The position numbers and the translations under genes are program-made. The notes under the pieces are model-generated. The model ran no database searches. It was given only the letters and a program-made list of their open reading frames with translations, and had not been told where the DNA came from. From assembly GCF_000711695.1 (NCBI RefSeq), contig NW_013547018.1, positions 186,001 through 250,000 on the forward strand: a stretch of 64,000 bases of DNA, written 5' to 3'. Of the stretch, positions 46,601 to 58,469 are shown one piece after another. The number at the start of each line of letters is the position of its first letter. Position 1 is the first letter of the stretch. The DNA comes from Tilletiaria anomala UBC 951. Lineage: Eukaryota.

Positions 46601-49600
46601 ACGTCGCTGGGGGCATTGACTTGCCTCAGAACCGTCTCGACTCGCTCCTGGATCTCCCCCATCTTCTCGATGACGTGACGGACTGCGGATATCTCAGGCG
46701 CATCAAAGGGAAGCTGATCCGCTTCAGAGAGCAGCGTCATGAGCGCTTCCGGTGTCCTGGTCTCTTTTGCCGCTGGCACATCAGACGACAGATCCATGCG
46801 AGTCGATGGGCTCCGCCGTTCGCTACCTGTTGAAGTCCGCGACTGCAGCTTTCGAGGAGTAGAGCTTGCCACACGTCCTTTCCGTGTGATGAAGACAGAT
46901 GCCTGATCCACCCAAGTGTTAGCTCTCTCCACAAACTCTCGCAGCTGCTCGATCTCTGGCAAGGGTGTCGTGATCCGTTCGCCCTCTGCTAGCAATGCTC
47001 GAAGTGTCTTGAGCGGCGGTCGCGGGTTGTTATTGAGAACGTTGTGCAATCGACGCCTCCAGTTGCCTGGTACGTTGGCGCGCTCCATCAACTTGATTTG
47101 CATAGCCTTTAGCTGGTCGTCGCCAACGCGCAAGCGCAACACCCAGCGCGACTGAGGCTGTCCACTAAAGACCGAGCTGGCATGATCCAGGCAAGCGACT
47201 CCGGACTCGTACGATTCGAGTGTGACTTGTGACAGGTAGCAGAACATGCTGCAGTGCTTGCATTGGTAGTGTTCCTCGGGCTTGTCAAACTCGGACAATT
47301 TTTCCCGGATCCCAGGGGCCTCGCGTCGCATGCGCAGGCGCCGGTTGAGTTCCCGTTCGATCATCTCGGCCATCGGATGCTGCAGCCACAATGCAGTGGT
47401 GAGTGCATGATTGTGCTGAGCGACGGTGATGATGAGCTCGTCCTGTGAAAACACTGGCGACTTGCAGAACTTTTGGTATCGTTGCACGCACTGCAGGCCG
47501 TAGTCCATCCAATCGGGCAGCGCAAAGTTGACGGCCTCGTTGAGGTTGAAGCCATGGTTGAAGCCCGCGTGGTATGCTTTCGGATAGGTGATGACGAACT
47601 CGTTCGGTCGCTGATCGCAAGCAAATACGCGGACGCCCTCTTTCTTGAGCTTCGCAGGTCCCATCATAGTGACCAATTGGAAGAGCAAATCTGGATTGGC
47701 TTCGAATAGGTCTGGTGCAGCTTTGCGCATGGCTTCTTCCAACTTCTCAGCGTCCGCGCCCGGTACTCCATACCACGTCTTTGTGTGCCCAAAGTGCTGG
47801 TAGTTGATCGAGTAGGTGTAGTGGTCCTCATTGTGCCAGCAGAAAGCGGAGAATATCATGCCGACGTAGATCCATGGGACGGTCATCCCCGAAATGTCTG
47901 ACTTGATGTACCGCAAGAGCGAGCTCGGGAGAATGGGCAGGTTATTGAGATTCCATACGTCCTTGGAATACCTGTTAAGCGGATGCGTTTCCATGCTGGG
48001 AGAAGCGCTGCCGTGGGTCGTGGAGTGGATGTCGGCGCCGTACTCGATGTCAACCAACTCGTCAGGGCTATGAACAAGGCGCCAAAATTCGCGCTCCACA
48101 TCATCTTCGCTGAGCCAGACCTTGGTCCCTGCCACCTGTCGCACGACCCCGTTGGGTGGTACCTCATCGCCGCTGGGCTTCGCCATGACGATATCCCCGT
48201 CCGGGCCTTCGTACGTGGGTGAGCCAGGGTGCCCATTGAAGACACGTTCCGGCCTCTTCTCGAACCAGTCCTTACGGAATGCTTCGGAACGTTTCCAGAA
48301 CGAGTGCAAGCTGTGCGTGTCGCCCTCCTCAAAGCCATAGTCATTGCCTGTGCCGACGAGGCACGGCGGGCAGTACCATTCCGACTTGGGCACAGTGGCG
48401 ATGGGCGGGTTGAGGCAGTACATATGATAGCCCCTGTTGCATTCGTCACAGAGTAGCATCGAAACGCCATCCTCGCCACTCATGCAAATCTCGCAGACTT
48501 GCTCCTCGTACCCAGGCTCGGTTGTGATGACGTGGTTTACCTCACCATTCTTCTTGCCTTTCCCACGTACGTCGCCACTCTTTTTGCTGCGAGGCGCTCT
48601 GCGCTTGTCAGCAGCAGTCATCGCTGCGGCGGTTCCGAAAGGGTCGTTATCAGAGTCGTCGACGGTGGTCGAGGGCGTGGCAGCACGCGAAGCCGAAGCC
48701 CCAGACTTGACGCCTTCCGCCGCCTTGGCCAGTTTGTCGTCCCTCTTGGCCATCTCCTTTGCCTCAACGAGGAAGACTTCAAAGGGTAAGATGATGCGTT
48801 TATACGCCTGCTTGACCTGTGTACTAATGTGGGCCGCTCTAGTTTCATCGTAGCCTATCTCACGAGCTACCTCGGTCCATCGACGGTTCTTAGTCACTTT
48901 GTCGAATCCGCCGAGTGTGCTAACGACCAGCTTGAGGCTATAGAAATCTAGTGCCTTGCCCGCAATGATGGGCATAGCGATGCGCTTCTGGCCTTGCTGC
49001 GCGTGGAACATCTGAAGCTGCTCTTGGTAGTTCAAGCTTGCACGCGCATCGGCGCTCAGCGAATTGAGACGCTGCACGCGTGTCTTGAACCGGAATTTCT
49101 GGTGGCCAACGGTTTCCGCGAATGAGCATGCAACGGCGCGGAGAAGATAGAATGACGAAAGCTCACCTCTTCGTCGAGCACAAAGTCCAGTTTCCAACCC
49201 TCCGGCGGGACAATCTTGATGATCCCGTACTCCTTTCCATTGCCACCCTGCGGACTGCTGACGTAATCGATGTACTTCATTGGATCCAGGAACTCCTCCT
49301 TGGTCGGATAGAACGTCGGTGCCTCTTCCAGGCCAAACACCCTCGGCCGCGTCCTCGGCGGCGGGAAGCGCGGCGTAGAGTGCACGGTCGGGACACGGGG
49401 CTCAAGCTCGCTGCTATCCGTCGTAACGGCATCGTCGAACGGAAGCCTCTCCGCCACGCCGATCTGGGCCACCTTGCGAAGAGGATGCTTTTTGGGGCTA
49501 GGGTACTCAGCCGCTCGTTGTGCCTGTTGCTGCCGCTCTTGCACTTCCGTCTTGATGATCATACCCGCTCGTTGAGTCGTAGCCATCGTGTCTTGGGCGC

Positions 49601-50648
49601 GAGAGGAGAGGTCCTGAGGACAAGAACACAGGTTGTTTGCGAGGGATGTGTAAGCCAATCCATGCCATAGGTACGAGTGCGGAAGAGGGCGCACCTTTCC
49701 TTTTTTCTCCTTCTTGACTTCCCCCTCGGGCAATGGGATTGCCGGAGTAGTATCGACGAGATCCATAGCTGGTCCGTATTCCCTAGAGCTGACAAGGACC
49801 GGTTCGGCATCGCAACGCTGACGAGCAGACATGACAGCACTTGGTATATGCTTTTCGAAGGAGAGTTCGTCCGAGGAGCTTGATTGCGAGCTGGCAGCCG
49901 CGCCAATGCTTCCGCGACCAGAGCCAGCACTATACCCCGCACTGGACCCGGAGCCCTGTGAGCCTGGTTGGGTCTTGGCAGCTCGCAAGGCTAGTCTGGG
50001 GTCTGCGATGTATCCGGCGGCCGATCCAGCTGCTGAGGACGTGGACATGATGGATCCGTCGCGGTACTGTTGCTCGCGCGTGCGAGGGTCGGCAGCGGAC
50101 ACCGTTCCTTCATCCCGCTCGTCCCTGTCCATCCTGTCACCATCATCAGATCGAGAAGTGGAGCGCGACATGTTTGTCATGCGCTTCAGCGGACTAGGGT
50201 TCGCGATGGCATTGGAATAGAGAGAAGATCTTGCGCTCGCATTTTCGCCATGAGGATGAACAGAGGAAGAGGACGCAGGTCCAGCGAAAGACGAAATGTC
50301 CCTCCCAAGCTCTGCCGGCGACCTCGAGGAGACCGCAGAGTATGCTCTCCGTTGCACGGAGGACGAAGCGCTGGCATGTGCAAAATCGTCGGAAGGGATC
50401 CCATCCAAATCGTTTTCCTCTGCCTCGGTCTTGACGAGACTGCTGAACTTGTTGACGTCTGGTGATCGGCTCTTACCGCCCGAGCTGGCACTTGAGCTGC
50501 GTTTTTTCACTGGCAGAGGCGCGACACTCTCATTGTCATCCGAGTCGCACAAGTGGATGACGTCGCTGCCGCTGCCACTGCGGCTGCCGACTGGGGGTGT
50601 GGGAGGGTTTGTTTTGTGCCCTCCAGCCGAGGGTGAGAGTGCTGCCAT
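43615..50648 (-). CDS. KDM5/JARID1-type H3K4 histone demethylase (Lid/Rum1-like)
   Basis: JmjN (APTFYPTKEEFLDP..YGIIKIVPPEGW), ARID, PHD (CEIC..CDECNRGYH..C), JmjC with HNEDH and YHAGFNHG, C5HC2 zinc finger, PLU-1 region and two more PHDs. Introns 49694-49614, 49166-49099 and one at about 45035-44976 joining the low-complexity ORF ending at 43615. Confidence 0.93.
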
Positions 50649-51483
50649 AGTAGAGAGACGCAACGGAAACGCTCCAATGGGCGGGTCGCTTGGAGGGTCG
50701 CCAGCCGATCAGAACTGGTGTTCAGCTGACTCCTGGAGCGGTCAGAAGGGATTGTTAAGGATGAGCAGCGCAAGTAGTGAGCAGGTGTATTGCGGCCCCT
50801 GTGTTTGCACCAGGGATGGCGATGGACAGAGGCCGAAATAGAGCAGCGCCCCGGACTATGAACCGATGCTGAGACTGTCTACGAGATGCAGTGCTATGCC
50901 ACCTATCGAGGTGGTTGCAATGGCTTTGCAGCCTTACCCGCAAGCGACAAGGCTGCGAGCATAGACCAGAGCCCTTGCGGCCCTCGAGTCGTGTGCCAAT
51001 GTGAGCTCCCCCCTCTCTCTTTCTTTGTTTCAACTGATGATGGCGGCGCGCTCGATGCTGAGATGCGCGGATGAGCAAAGAACTCGCGCAGTCACCATCA
51101 CACTCTTCTGGCTTCTCAGATGCATACACCGTGCGCCGCTCTCTTCCACGAAGATGTGTGCGTGCAGGATATAATATGACAAAAGACGCCGATGGTCGCC
51201 TGGGGGTCTCACACACTATAGACAAGAAAGCCTCGTTCCGCCCTCTGTCAGTCACTCGGCGCAACACGCGTCGTCGTCCTCGTCTTACCGCCTGACAACC
51301 AACACATACTGACTGACGTCGACCTCTCGCTGCCAACGCATTGATTGTACGTGAACCAGTCGTATTCGCCCGCTGACAGAAATACCGGGGAGGCGGTAGT
51401 GCTCAGAAGGCAAATCAGCCGAAGGAAGTCGAAGAAAACGCAGCTACAGACTTCGCGGCGACAGCTGTAACGAGGCACCGAGG

Positions 51484-53163
51484 ATGGTGAGCTATATCGA
51501 CCATAGGCAACGGGTTGGGTTGGCGTGCTGACTGACCTCGCCTGTTCGGTTTGCATTTACAGGGTCAGGCTCCCAGCGGTGGTGCCGGGCGGCATAATAA
51601 TGACAAGGTGAGCATAAGCCACAGGCACAATGTTGCTCGAGACGTCGCAGCAGAGCAGGATTACTGACCAGCTCGGCCACTCTGACAACTTCTCTTCCTT
51701 GTACGTTCTTGCGCACGCGACGCTTTCCTGCAGAAGAAGAAAGATCAGCAGAAGAAGTGGGAGCCGCCGCTGCCAACACGGGTAGGCAAGAAAAAGAAAC
51801 GCGGGCCGGACGCAGCCACCAAGCTGCCACCGGTATACCCCAACACGCGATGCCGTTTGAAGCTGCTAAAGATGGAGCGCATCAAGGATCACCTGCTGCT
51901 GGAGGAGGAATTTGTGCAGAACCAGGAACGCCTCAAGCCCAAGGAGGACAAGGATGCGGAGGAGCGGACGCGCGTGGATGATCTGCGTGGCAGCCCGATG
52001 CAGGTCGGCTCGCTCGAGGAGATCATCGACGATGAACATGCCATCATTAGCAGCGCCACAGGGCCAGAGTACTATGTCAGCATCATGAGCTTCGTCGACA
52101 AGGACCTGCTTGAACCGGGCTGCAGCGTCTTGCTTCATCATAAGACCATGGCTGTCATCGGCGTGCTGCAAGACGACGCCGATCCCATGGTCAGCGTCAT
52201 GAAGCTCGACAAGGCGCCGACGGAGACCTACGCAGATGTCGGTGGTCTCGAGCAGCAGATCCAGGAGATCAAAGAGTCTGTCGAACTGCCCCTTACTCAT
52301 CCAGAACTGTACGAGGAAATGGGAATCCGGCCACCCAAAGGTGTCATTCTCTATGGTGTGCCCGGAACAGGCAAGACGCTGCTAGCCAAAGCAGTCGCCA
52401 ACCAAACCTCCGCCACCTTCCTTCGCATCGTCGGTTCCGAGTTAATTCAAAAGTACCTCGGAGACGGACCCAAACTGGTCCGCGAACTGTTCCGCGTCGC
52501 CGACGAGCACGCGCCATCGATCGTGTTCATCGACGAGATTGATGCTGTCGGCACAAAACGGTACGATAGCAACAGTGGTGGAGAGCGTGAGATCCAAAGG
52601 ACGCTGCTCGAGCTGCTCAACCAGCTCGATGGATTCGACACACGGCATGATGTCAAGGTCATCATGGCAACAAATAAGATCGAGTCGCTCGATCCAGCGC
52701 TCATCCGACCGGGGCGTATCGACAGAAAGATTGAGTTCCCGTGAGTCACCTTGCCCCACTACTGTCAATCCAACTTCTCTGTTAATCATTTGGCGCTCTA
52801 TCCTTACCCAAATCCAGGCTGCCAGATCAGAAGACAAAAATGCACATCTTCAAGCTGCACACAAGTCGCATGAACCTAGATCCGGACGTCAACCTCGAAG
52901 AGTTTGTGGCCATGAAGGTGAGTGACCAGATCGCACATGTACAGGAATCAGGGATACAGCCTGATATATTCGTTTCGAACTCTCGTTTTCTTGGTGTGCA
53001 GGACGACTTATCGGGCGCAGACATCAAGTCGCTCGTCACGGAAGCTGGTCTTCTTGCGCTGCGAGAAAGGCGGATGCGCGTCACCAAGAAGGACTTCACC
53101 TCCGCGCGCGAGCGTGTAATCGATCGCAAGCAGGAAGGCACACCCGAAGGCCTGTATTTGTAG
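51484..53163 (+). CDS. RPT2: 26S proteasome regulatory AAA ATPase Rpt2 (PSMC1)
   Basis: M|GQAPSGG...|[63 protein letters not shown]-terminal EGLYL. Exons 51484-51486, 51563-51607, 51734-52740, 52818-52917 and 53002-53163. Confidence 0.97.
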
Positions 53164-54325
53164 ACAACAGACAGAAATAGTCATCTGCTCGCATCCGGCT
53201 TATTTGCGGTATTTGTACTACATTGCCCGAGTGAATGCGCACCGCTCTAGCCAAGTGTGGCAACACCAGGCGCGTCACATCACACCGTTGCATGCCACAA
53301 AGGGCATCCGTCCGTCTCACACCCTTCCAGTTGTCCAGGCCATCGCCGATGTTTGGGCAAAGATGATTGTGGGCTGGTGGTAGAATACAAGACGTTTCCC
53401 TTGGGACGCGCCACGCGACCCAATAGCGTCAGTCGTCAGCTGATGCTTCAGCGCAGCAGTGAGATCCACATGGTGAAGCAAGGGTGATGGCACCCAAACA
53501 CAGCCCCTCCGCCAATGCTTTCCTTAGTATACCAGCTGCTCCCATTCGGTGCATCAGCCACTTGATCTGCTGGATGAACCAAATATTTACCTGCCAAACT
53601 GCAAAGTGTTGGAATTCGGTGCGATATCTATGAATGGCCGCAGGGGCCACACTTTTCCTTTGGGAAGAGCGTTCCTACCTACATCCTGATTGATACGGGG
53701 GGTACTTACCATCCTCAATATAACGGAGTCGCGCGACTTCAGCTCTGCGTAGAACAAACAGCCCTACAACGCTGACTCGACGAATGGCTCGCCATACCAC
53801 AGGTTGAGTTAGTCTCGAGGGGCCAGACCATCAGGACCGAAGGCCTGATGTTGAGACCTTGAGTCAAAACGTCGCTGTTCATATTGCAATTCCATTACTG
53901 GGAATCCGCTACCGGGGCAGGCCGCAGCTCCAAAGACGGAAAGGTAGGTGCTTTCCTGAAACGCCTAGCGAGAAGCTTATGAGGACCGGAGCTTCCCCGC
54001 CAAGCAAGAGACGGCTCCAGCCGGCTCTGTTCACGCCGAGCCAGGCGTGTACAGGGATCAGGAGATCCCCTTCAGCCTGTCAGCCTGAACTCCAAAGGTA
54101 TCACTTGATTTCCGATTACGACAAGAAATGAATGGATCGTACACAGCTTTCGTGCTGGCAAATTGCCAACACATGTCTGTTCACCTCTGAACAAGCTGCG
54201 AAGTCTTTAGGATCGTAAAGAGACGCAAATTCCTCCTGAGCCTCCGCCTCTTTCAAATCCACCATCTTTGAGCTACACTTGCAAAACACGTCTTTTCACA
54301 AAACCTTCAAGCTTTTGTCACCCGC

Positions 54326-55678
54326 TTAGTCGTCGTTGTGTTGAAAAGCAACGGCTGAAAGAATGACGCCCTCCTCTTCTATCATGATTGCGACAGCTCT
54401 GTAGCGGAAACCAATGCAAGGGAGAGAGTACATCAAAAAATTGGTCCCGAGTCATGTGGCCCAGCACCCACCTCAAGAGTACCAAAGGGAAACACATAAA
54501 CCCATGAAAGGTGAGAGCAGAGTGAACAGCAACGCATTTGGGGGGATCAGTGCACTCAAGACCTACTCCAGGGGGAACCCCGGGGAAGTACAAGCCACTG
54601 ACCGACGGTGATAAAGGTTGGACCAGCACTTGTCGACAGGTTCTCGGACGGTTACTGGAGGTATGCAACGCCTTGAAGAATAAGAACAAGAACAATAAGG
54701 AGCATTCCACTCGCCGGCGGGACGGCGGGACGGCGGGACGGCGGGACGGCGGTACGGAGAGCCGAGATGAAGATGAGGAAGACAAGAACTTTGGAAGCCA
54801 GGAAACCTGAAAGTACCGAAGCCCAAAGATAAAAATAGGAATGATGTCAATAGGAAGGGAATAGACCTTAGATGCTGACTGGAGATGTCGGTGATGCCCA
54901 CATGATACCGAGGGCTTTATACAGAGCTAAAGCGCCTTGCTGGAAACCGAGTGGCGGGTTGCCGCCAGCCGCCTCAATGGTGGGGAGGATATAGGCCCTC
55001 GCAACACCGATCCAAGGGAGGTAAACAATGCTGACAGCGCCAATTGCGTGAAACAAGTCAAAAGAGACAATCCTGTCAGTGCTGGCGGTCGTAGGGATGT
55101 CCGTCACCCAAGTGGGATGGACACACAGGCTATGCCTAGGGGCGAAAAGAGAAGCGAACAAAAGGTGTTAAGATGCTATCAGCCTCATTTTTCTCCCCAG
55201 GAAGCGAGAATGATCCAAGAAGCAACCTCACCAACGGTAGCCAAGAAATCGTTGCCCTCGGCAAAGACCCACATACATTTCATGATCGTGCCGATACCGC
55301 TGTATGGTAGTCCGAGGTTTTAAACGACATTGACGGTGGTGATGTTACGGAGACCGACCAAAAGAAGACCGAGCATCATGAAGGAGGCGCCAATTGACAG
55401 TACCATCAACGGGTATGGGCTAAGCGCGTTCAGACCAATCGCAGATCAGTCAATAATTGCTCCAAGCACGAAACATATCATCGCACAATATATACTCACT
55501 TGCCGATTCTCATATGGTAGACGGGGAAATCATACTGGTCCGTATCGATCTGATGACCATCGGTGGTGTGGATCTTAGTCAGCCTGACGCCGCCAACGAA
55601 GGTGTGTTCGAGCGCATTCGGATTGGCCTCGAGGCCCATCTGCTCATTGAGCGATGGTCGCTGGTATGGCTTCGACAT
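54326..55678 (-). pseudogene. Disrupted GPR1/FUN34/YaaH (Ato/Ady2-type acetate/ammonia transporter) gene, copy A
   Basis: Spliced reading MSKP...HTTDGHQIDTDQYDFPVYHMRIG|NPYPLMVLSIGASFMMLGLLLVGLRNITTVNVV*NLGLPYSGIGTIMKCMWVFAEGNDFLATV...IVYLPWIGVARAY...LYKALGIM...FISALRTAVP...LILQGVAYLQ*PSE follows the family layout. In-frame TAA at 55322-55320 and 54654-54652. The 3' end is approximate. Confidence 0.78.
54716..54755. repeat. 8-bp tandem repeat (GGCGGGAC)x4 plus GGCGGTAC
   Basis: Directly visible: four perfect units at 54716-54747 and one variant unit at 54748-54755. Confidence 0.95.
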
Positions 55679-55812
55679 GATGACCCAATCAATGGCAATA
55701 GAAGCCGGGGTGGAGCTTTGCTAGTCGACGTACGTCTTACAACTAGTCAAGGATGTTGCGGTGATGGTGGGGAGGGTAGGATGGTAAATTGACGATGAAG
55801 AGAGCGAGATTC

Positions 55813-55820
55813 CTTTATAC
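55813..55820 (-). promoter_or_regulatory. TATA box of transporter copy A
   Basis: GTATAAAG on the minus strand about 140 nt upstream of ATG 55678, followed by a pyrimidine-rich leader. Confidence 0.5.
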
Positions 55821-58469
55821 AGAGGAGTTGAAAGAGAGGAGGCTCGACGTGATGGTTACTGACAAGCGTGGACCGATGAAGAGGATGCGCTAATGGGACA
55901 CTTGACGAAGACTAAGAACTGTACTTGCAAGAATTCACGGCCCACCGTCCGCGGCAGCCATTGCATGGAGTCCATTCCCCCGCAGACCTGGAGGCTGTGA
56001 CGCTGAATGCTGAGAAACATGCTCCCAAATGTTGCTCTACAGGTCCACTCTCCAGTCAGGCGACATAAAGCGACAGGCTCATTACATGGATGTTGAGGTT
56101 ACGGGGTGTGCAGGGTACGCGCAGGTATGGGTAAGCTTCAGCGAGGACCAGACTGGGCACTAGCCATGATGCGTTTCCAGACAGGCAGCCAACTCGTCGC
56201 AAATCCAAAAAGGGTTTGCTTTCTGGCCGAGGTTGGCCAATGGCTGACCGAGTCGTCGAATGATGCATCAGGAAATCATTCGATCGCGATGTTGATGTGC
56301 TGTTGGTCCTGCAGACACCACTCTGGAGGGAATGGGAGGTATCTGATGGGCCTCTTTGGGGAACGAAGGGGAATGGTTGGTGGGAAAGCCGCTATCTCCA
56401 TTCTGGTCTTCCACGAGCCGTCCTTTCGTACGGACAAGAAAACAGAGACTATCCGACGACGTATGCATGTGCATACCTACAGCTTTATTACGACAGTCAT
56501 AGAGGTGGCCCTTGTGCTCCTGTATTCAATACCCATTGACGAATGCTTTTGCGTGCTGTATGTACATACAGACGTAAGATAGAACGCTTGAATGGTGCAC
56601 GAGTCCGTCGAATGCTGGGCCACCATCACTATGGGAGACCGATGTTTTTGGACTTTGAAGGCAGTCTAGGAAAAGTCAAAGTCAGGGTCAGATCTACTGG
56701 ACGTCACTTTTGAACTTGGAAGTATGAAATATGAGTGTGAGCGATTAGCTGTCATGGGTCATCCAGACTCCAGACTCTAGGCGTCAGGTCACTCAGATGA
56801 CAAACCATCGATGTCAGCAATGTCAGATATCAGAAATCATGCGAACAACATTTATTCTTAAGGACCACAATTGCGCCAAAATAGGGCTTCATCATTAGGA
56901 ACATACGTATCTCACACGTTTCAGACAAATTTTTGTTCGGTTGCGTTGGGGTGGCGTCGATCAATTGCAAATGGATCAAGTGGCAGCATGCTCAGCATAT
57001 ACATATCAACCATATCACTATGTAGTGAGGACGGCGAATTGGTGCGGGCTGGCACAGTGCTGGCGCCAGGTGTGTGGAGTGTGGACGACCGTGTGTGACG
57101 GAGGTGTGCCCGCCGTTTCATTTTAGCAATTTAACAAACATATGGTTCAGAAATGCAACGCTCTGAACCGGTGCCGCAGGGTGGATACGAGTCAGCCAAA
57201 ACGCGGAGCGGAAATCACGGCAACCGTGTACCCTGTGGCAGTCATCATCGATTCTGTGCAGTCTGTCTTCGTTGACCAATTCAATCCGATCCCGTCTCTG
57301 GCAGCTAATCGAGAAGACGCTAGACGACAGTACTCTTGATACTCTGTTCGGCTGCAATATCGACTACAACTCCAGCCTCATAGATGCATGCATGTACATT
57401 CTGATCCCTTATGCGGCAAAGTGCAACGAACTAATGTCAGGTCGATGAGGCGTTGAGTCAGAGGCGGGCGGAGGTTGGGGCGATGGAAACTAATGCGGGC
57501 TGCATCAGAGCAGTAGCCTTTCCGCCAGTCCAAGGCCCATCAGGTGAGCCCTGGTGACTCCTTAGTATGATCAATTTGCCTTGGGGCCTCTCGGCTCTCG
57601 CGACTCAAGCTCAGCGTTCGCCTTGGATAATCGACATGGGCATCTAGTGCAGTCTATGCCCCTGCAACGCACTATGTACGAAACCCCAATCTACCCCAAT
57701 CCGAAGCGCAGGTCGCAACAGATGGGTATGCATGTACTACATCAATTTTACATACAGGTTTGTCAGTTATCTGTGGGTTGTTCAGAGTCTGGTTGAGTCT
57801 GGTTAGCGCCTGCTCGATCGCAGAACGGCAGAACAGGATTTGTGGTCCCTGGCATGTGCGCTGTTCGAGTTTGTGGATTCTCTGTCGAAAATATGTAACC
57901 CTCCGCAGCTCCGGATGACTCGGCCCGAGCGGGATCGGAGGGGGTCTGTTGTAAATGTATATACAGAACGACGTAGCCACATCAGTGATCATCAGTGTCC
58001 AGAATCAAGGATTACGATGGTCATCTGGGGGCTCACACTATTCCAAATCATTGGATTCACCCGCATTTGGCCAGCAGTAGGCTAAAGTTGTTGTGATACT
58101 AGCACAAATCTCGATATGCGATTGCTATAGCCCATATGTAAACTGTCACGGTGGGCAGGATGAGGACTATGCAAGGTTCCATGTGCACGGTGCAGCCAGC
58201 GCAGATTGATGTATTGGGTACTTTGTAACTTGCCTAAAAGCCTGAATAATTACAGGCTATAGCACCCATACAGCGCTCCAGAGCACTCTCTACTGCATTT
58301 CAACGAATGACTTCGCTTTCATCGCCTCATGCCCTCATCGCTCTTGCAAGTGCTGCCATTGCATTTCTTCCCCGCTCTTCCCATCTCTAGAATCTCTTCA
58401 TTGACCTTTACATGGGCATTCATCTAATCCATCTGTTACCTTTACCATCATCGCCGCTAACCCCGTGCC

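Noticed and set aside
55800..58450. Short ORFs between the two transporter pseudogenes (e.g. 56106-56582)
   Set aside because: No family motif, transposase/RT signature, terminal repeats or coherent splice pattern that I can support.
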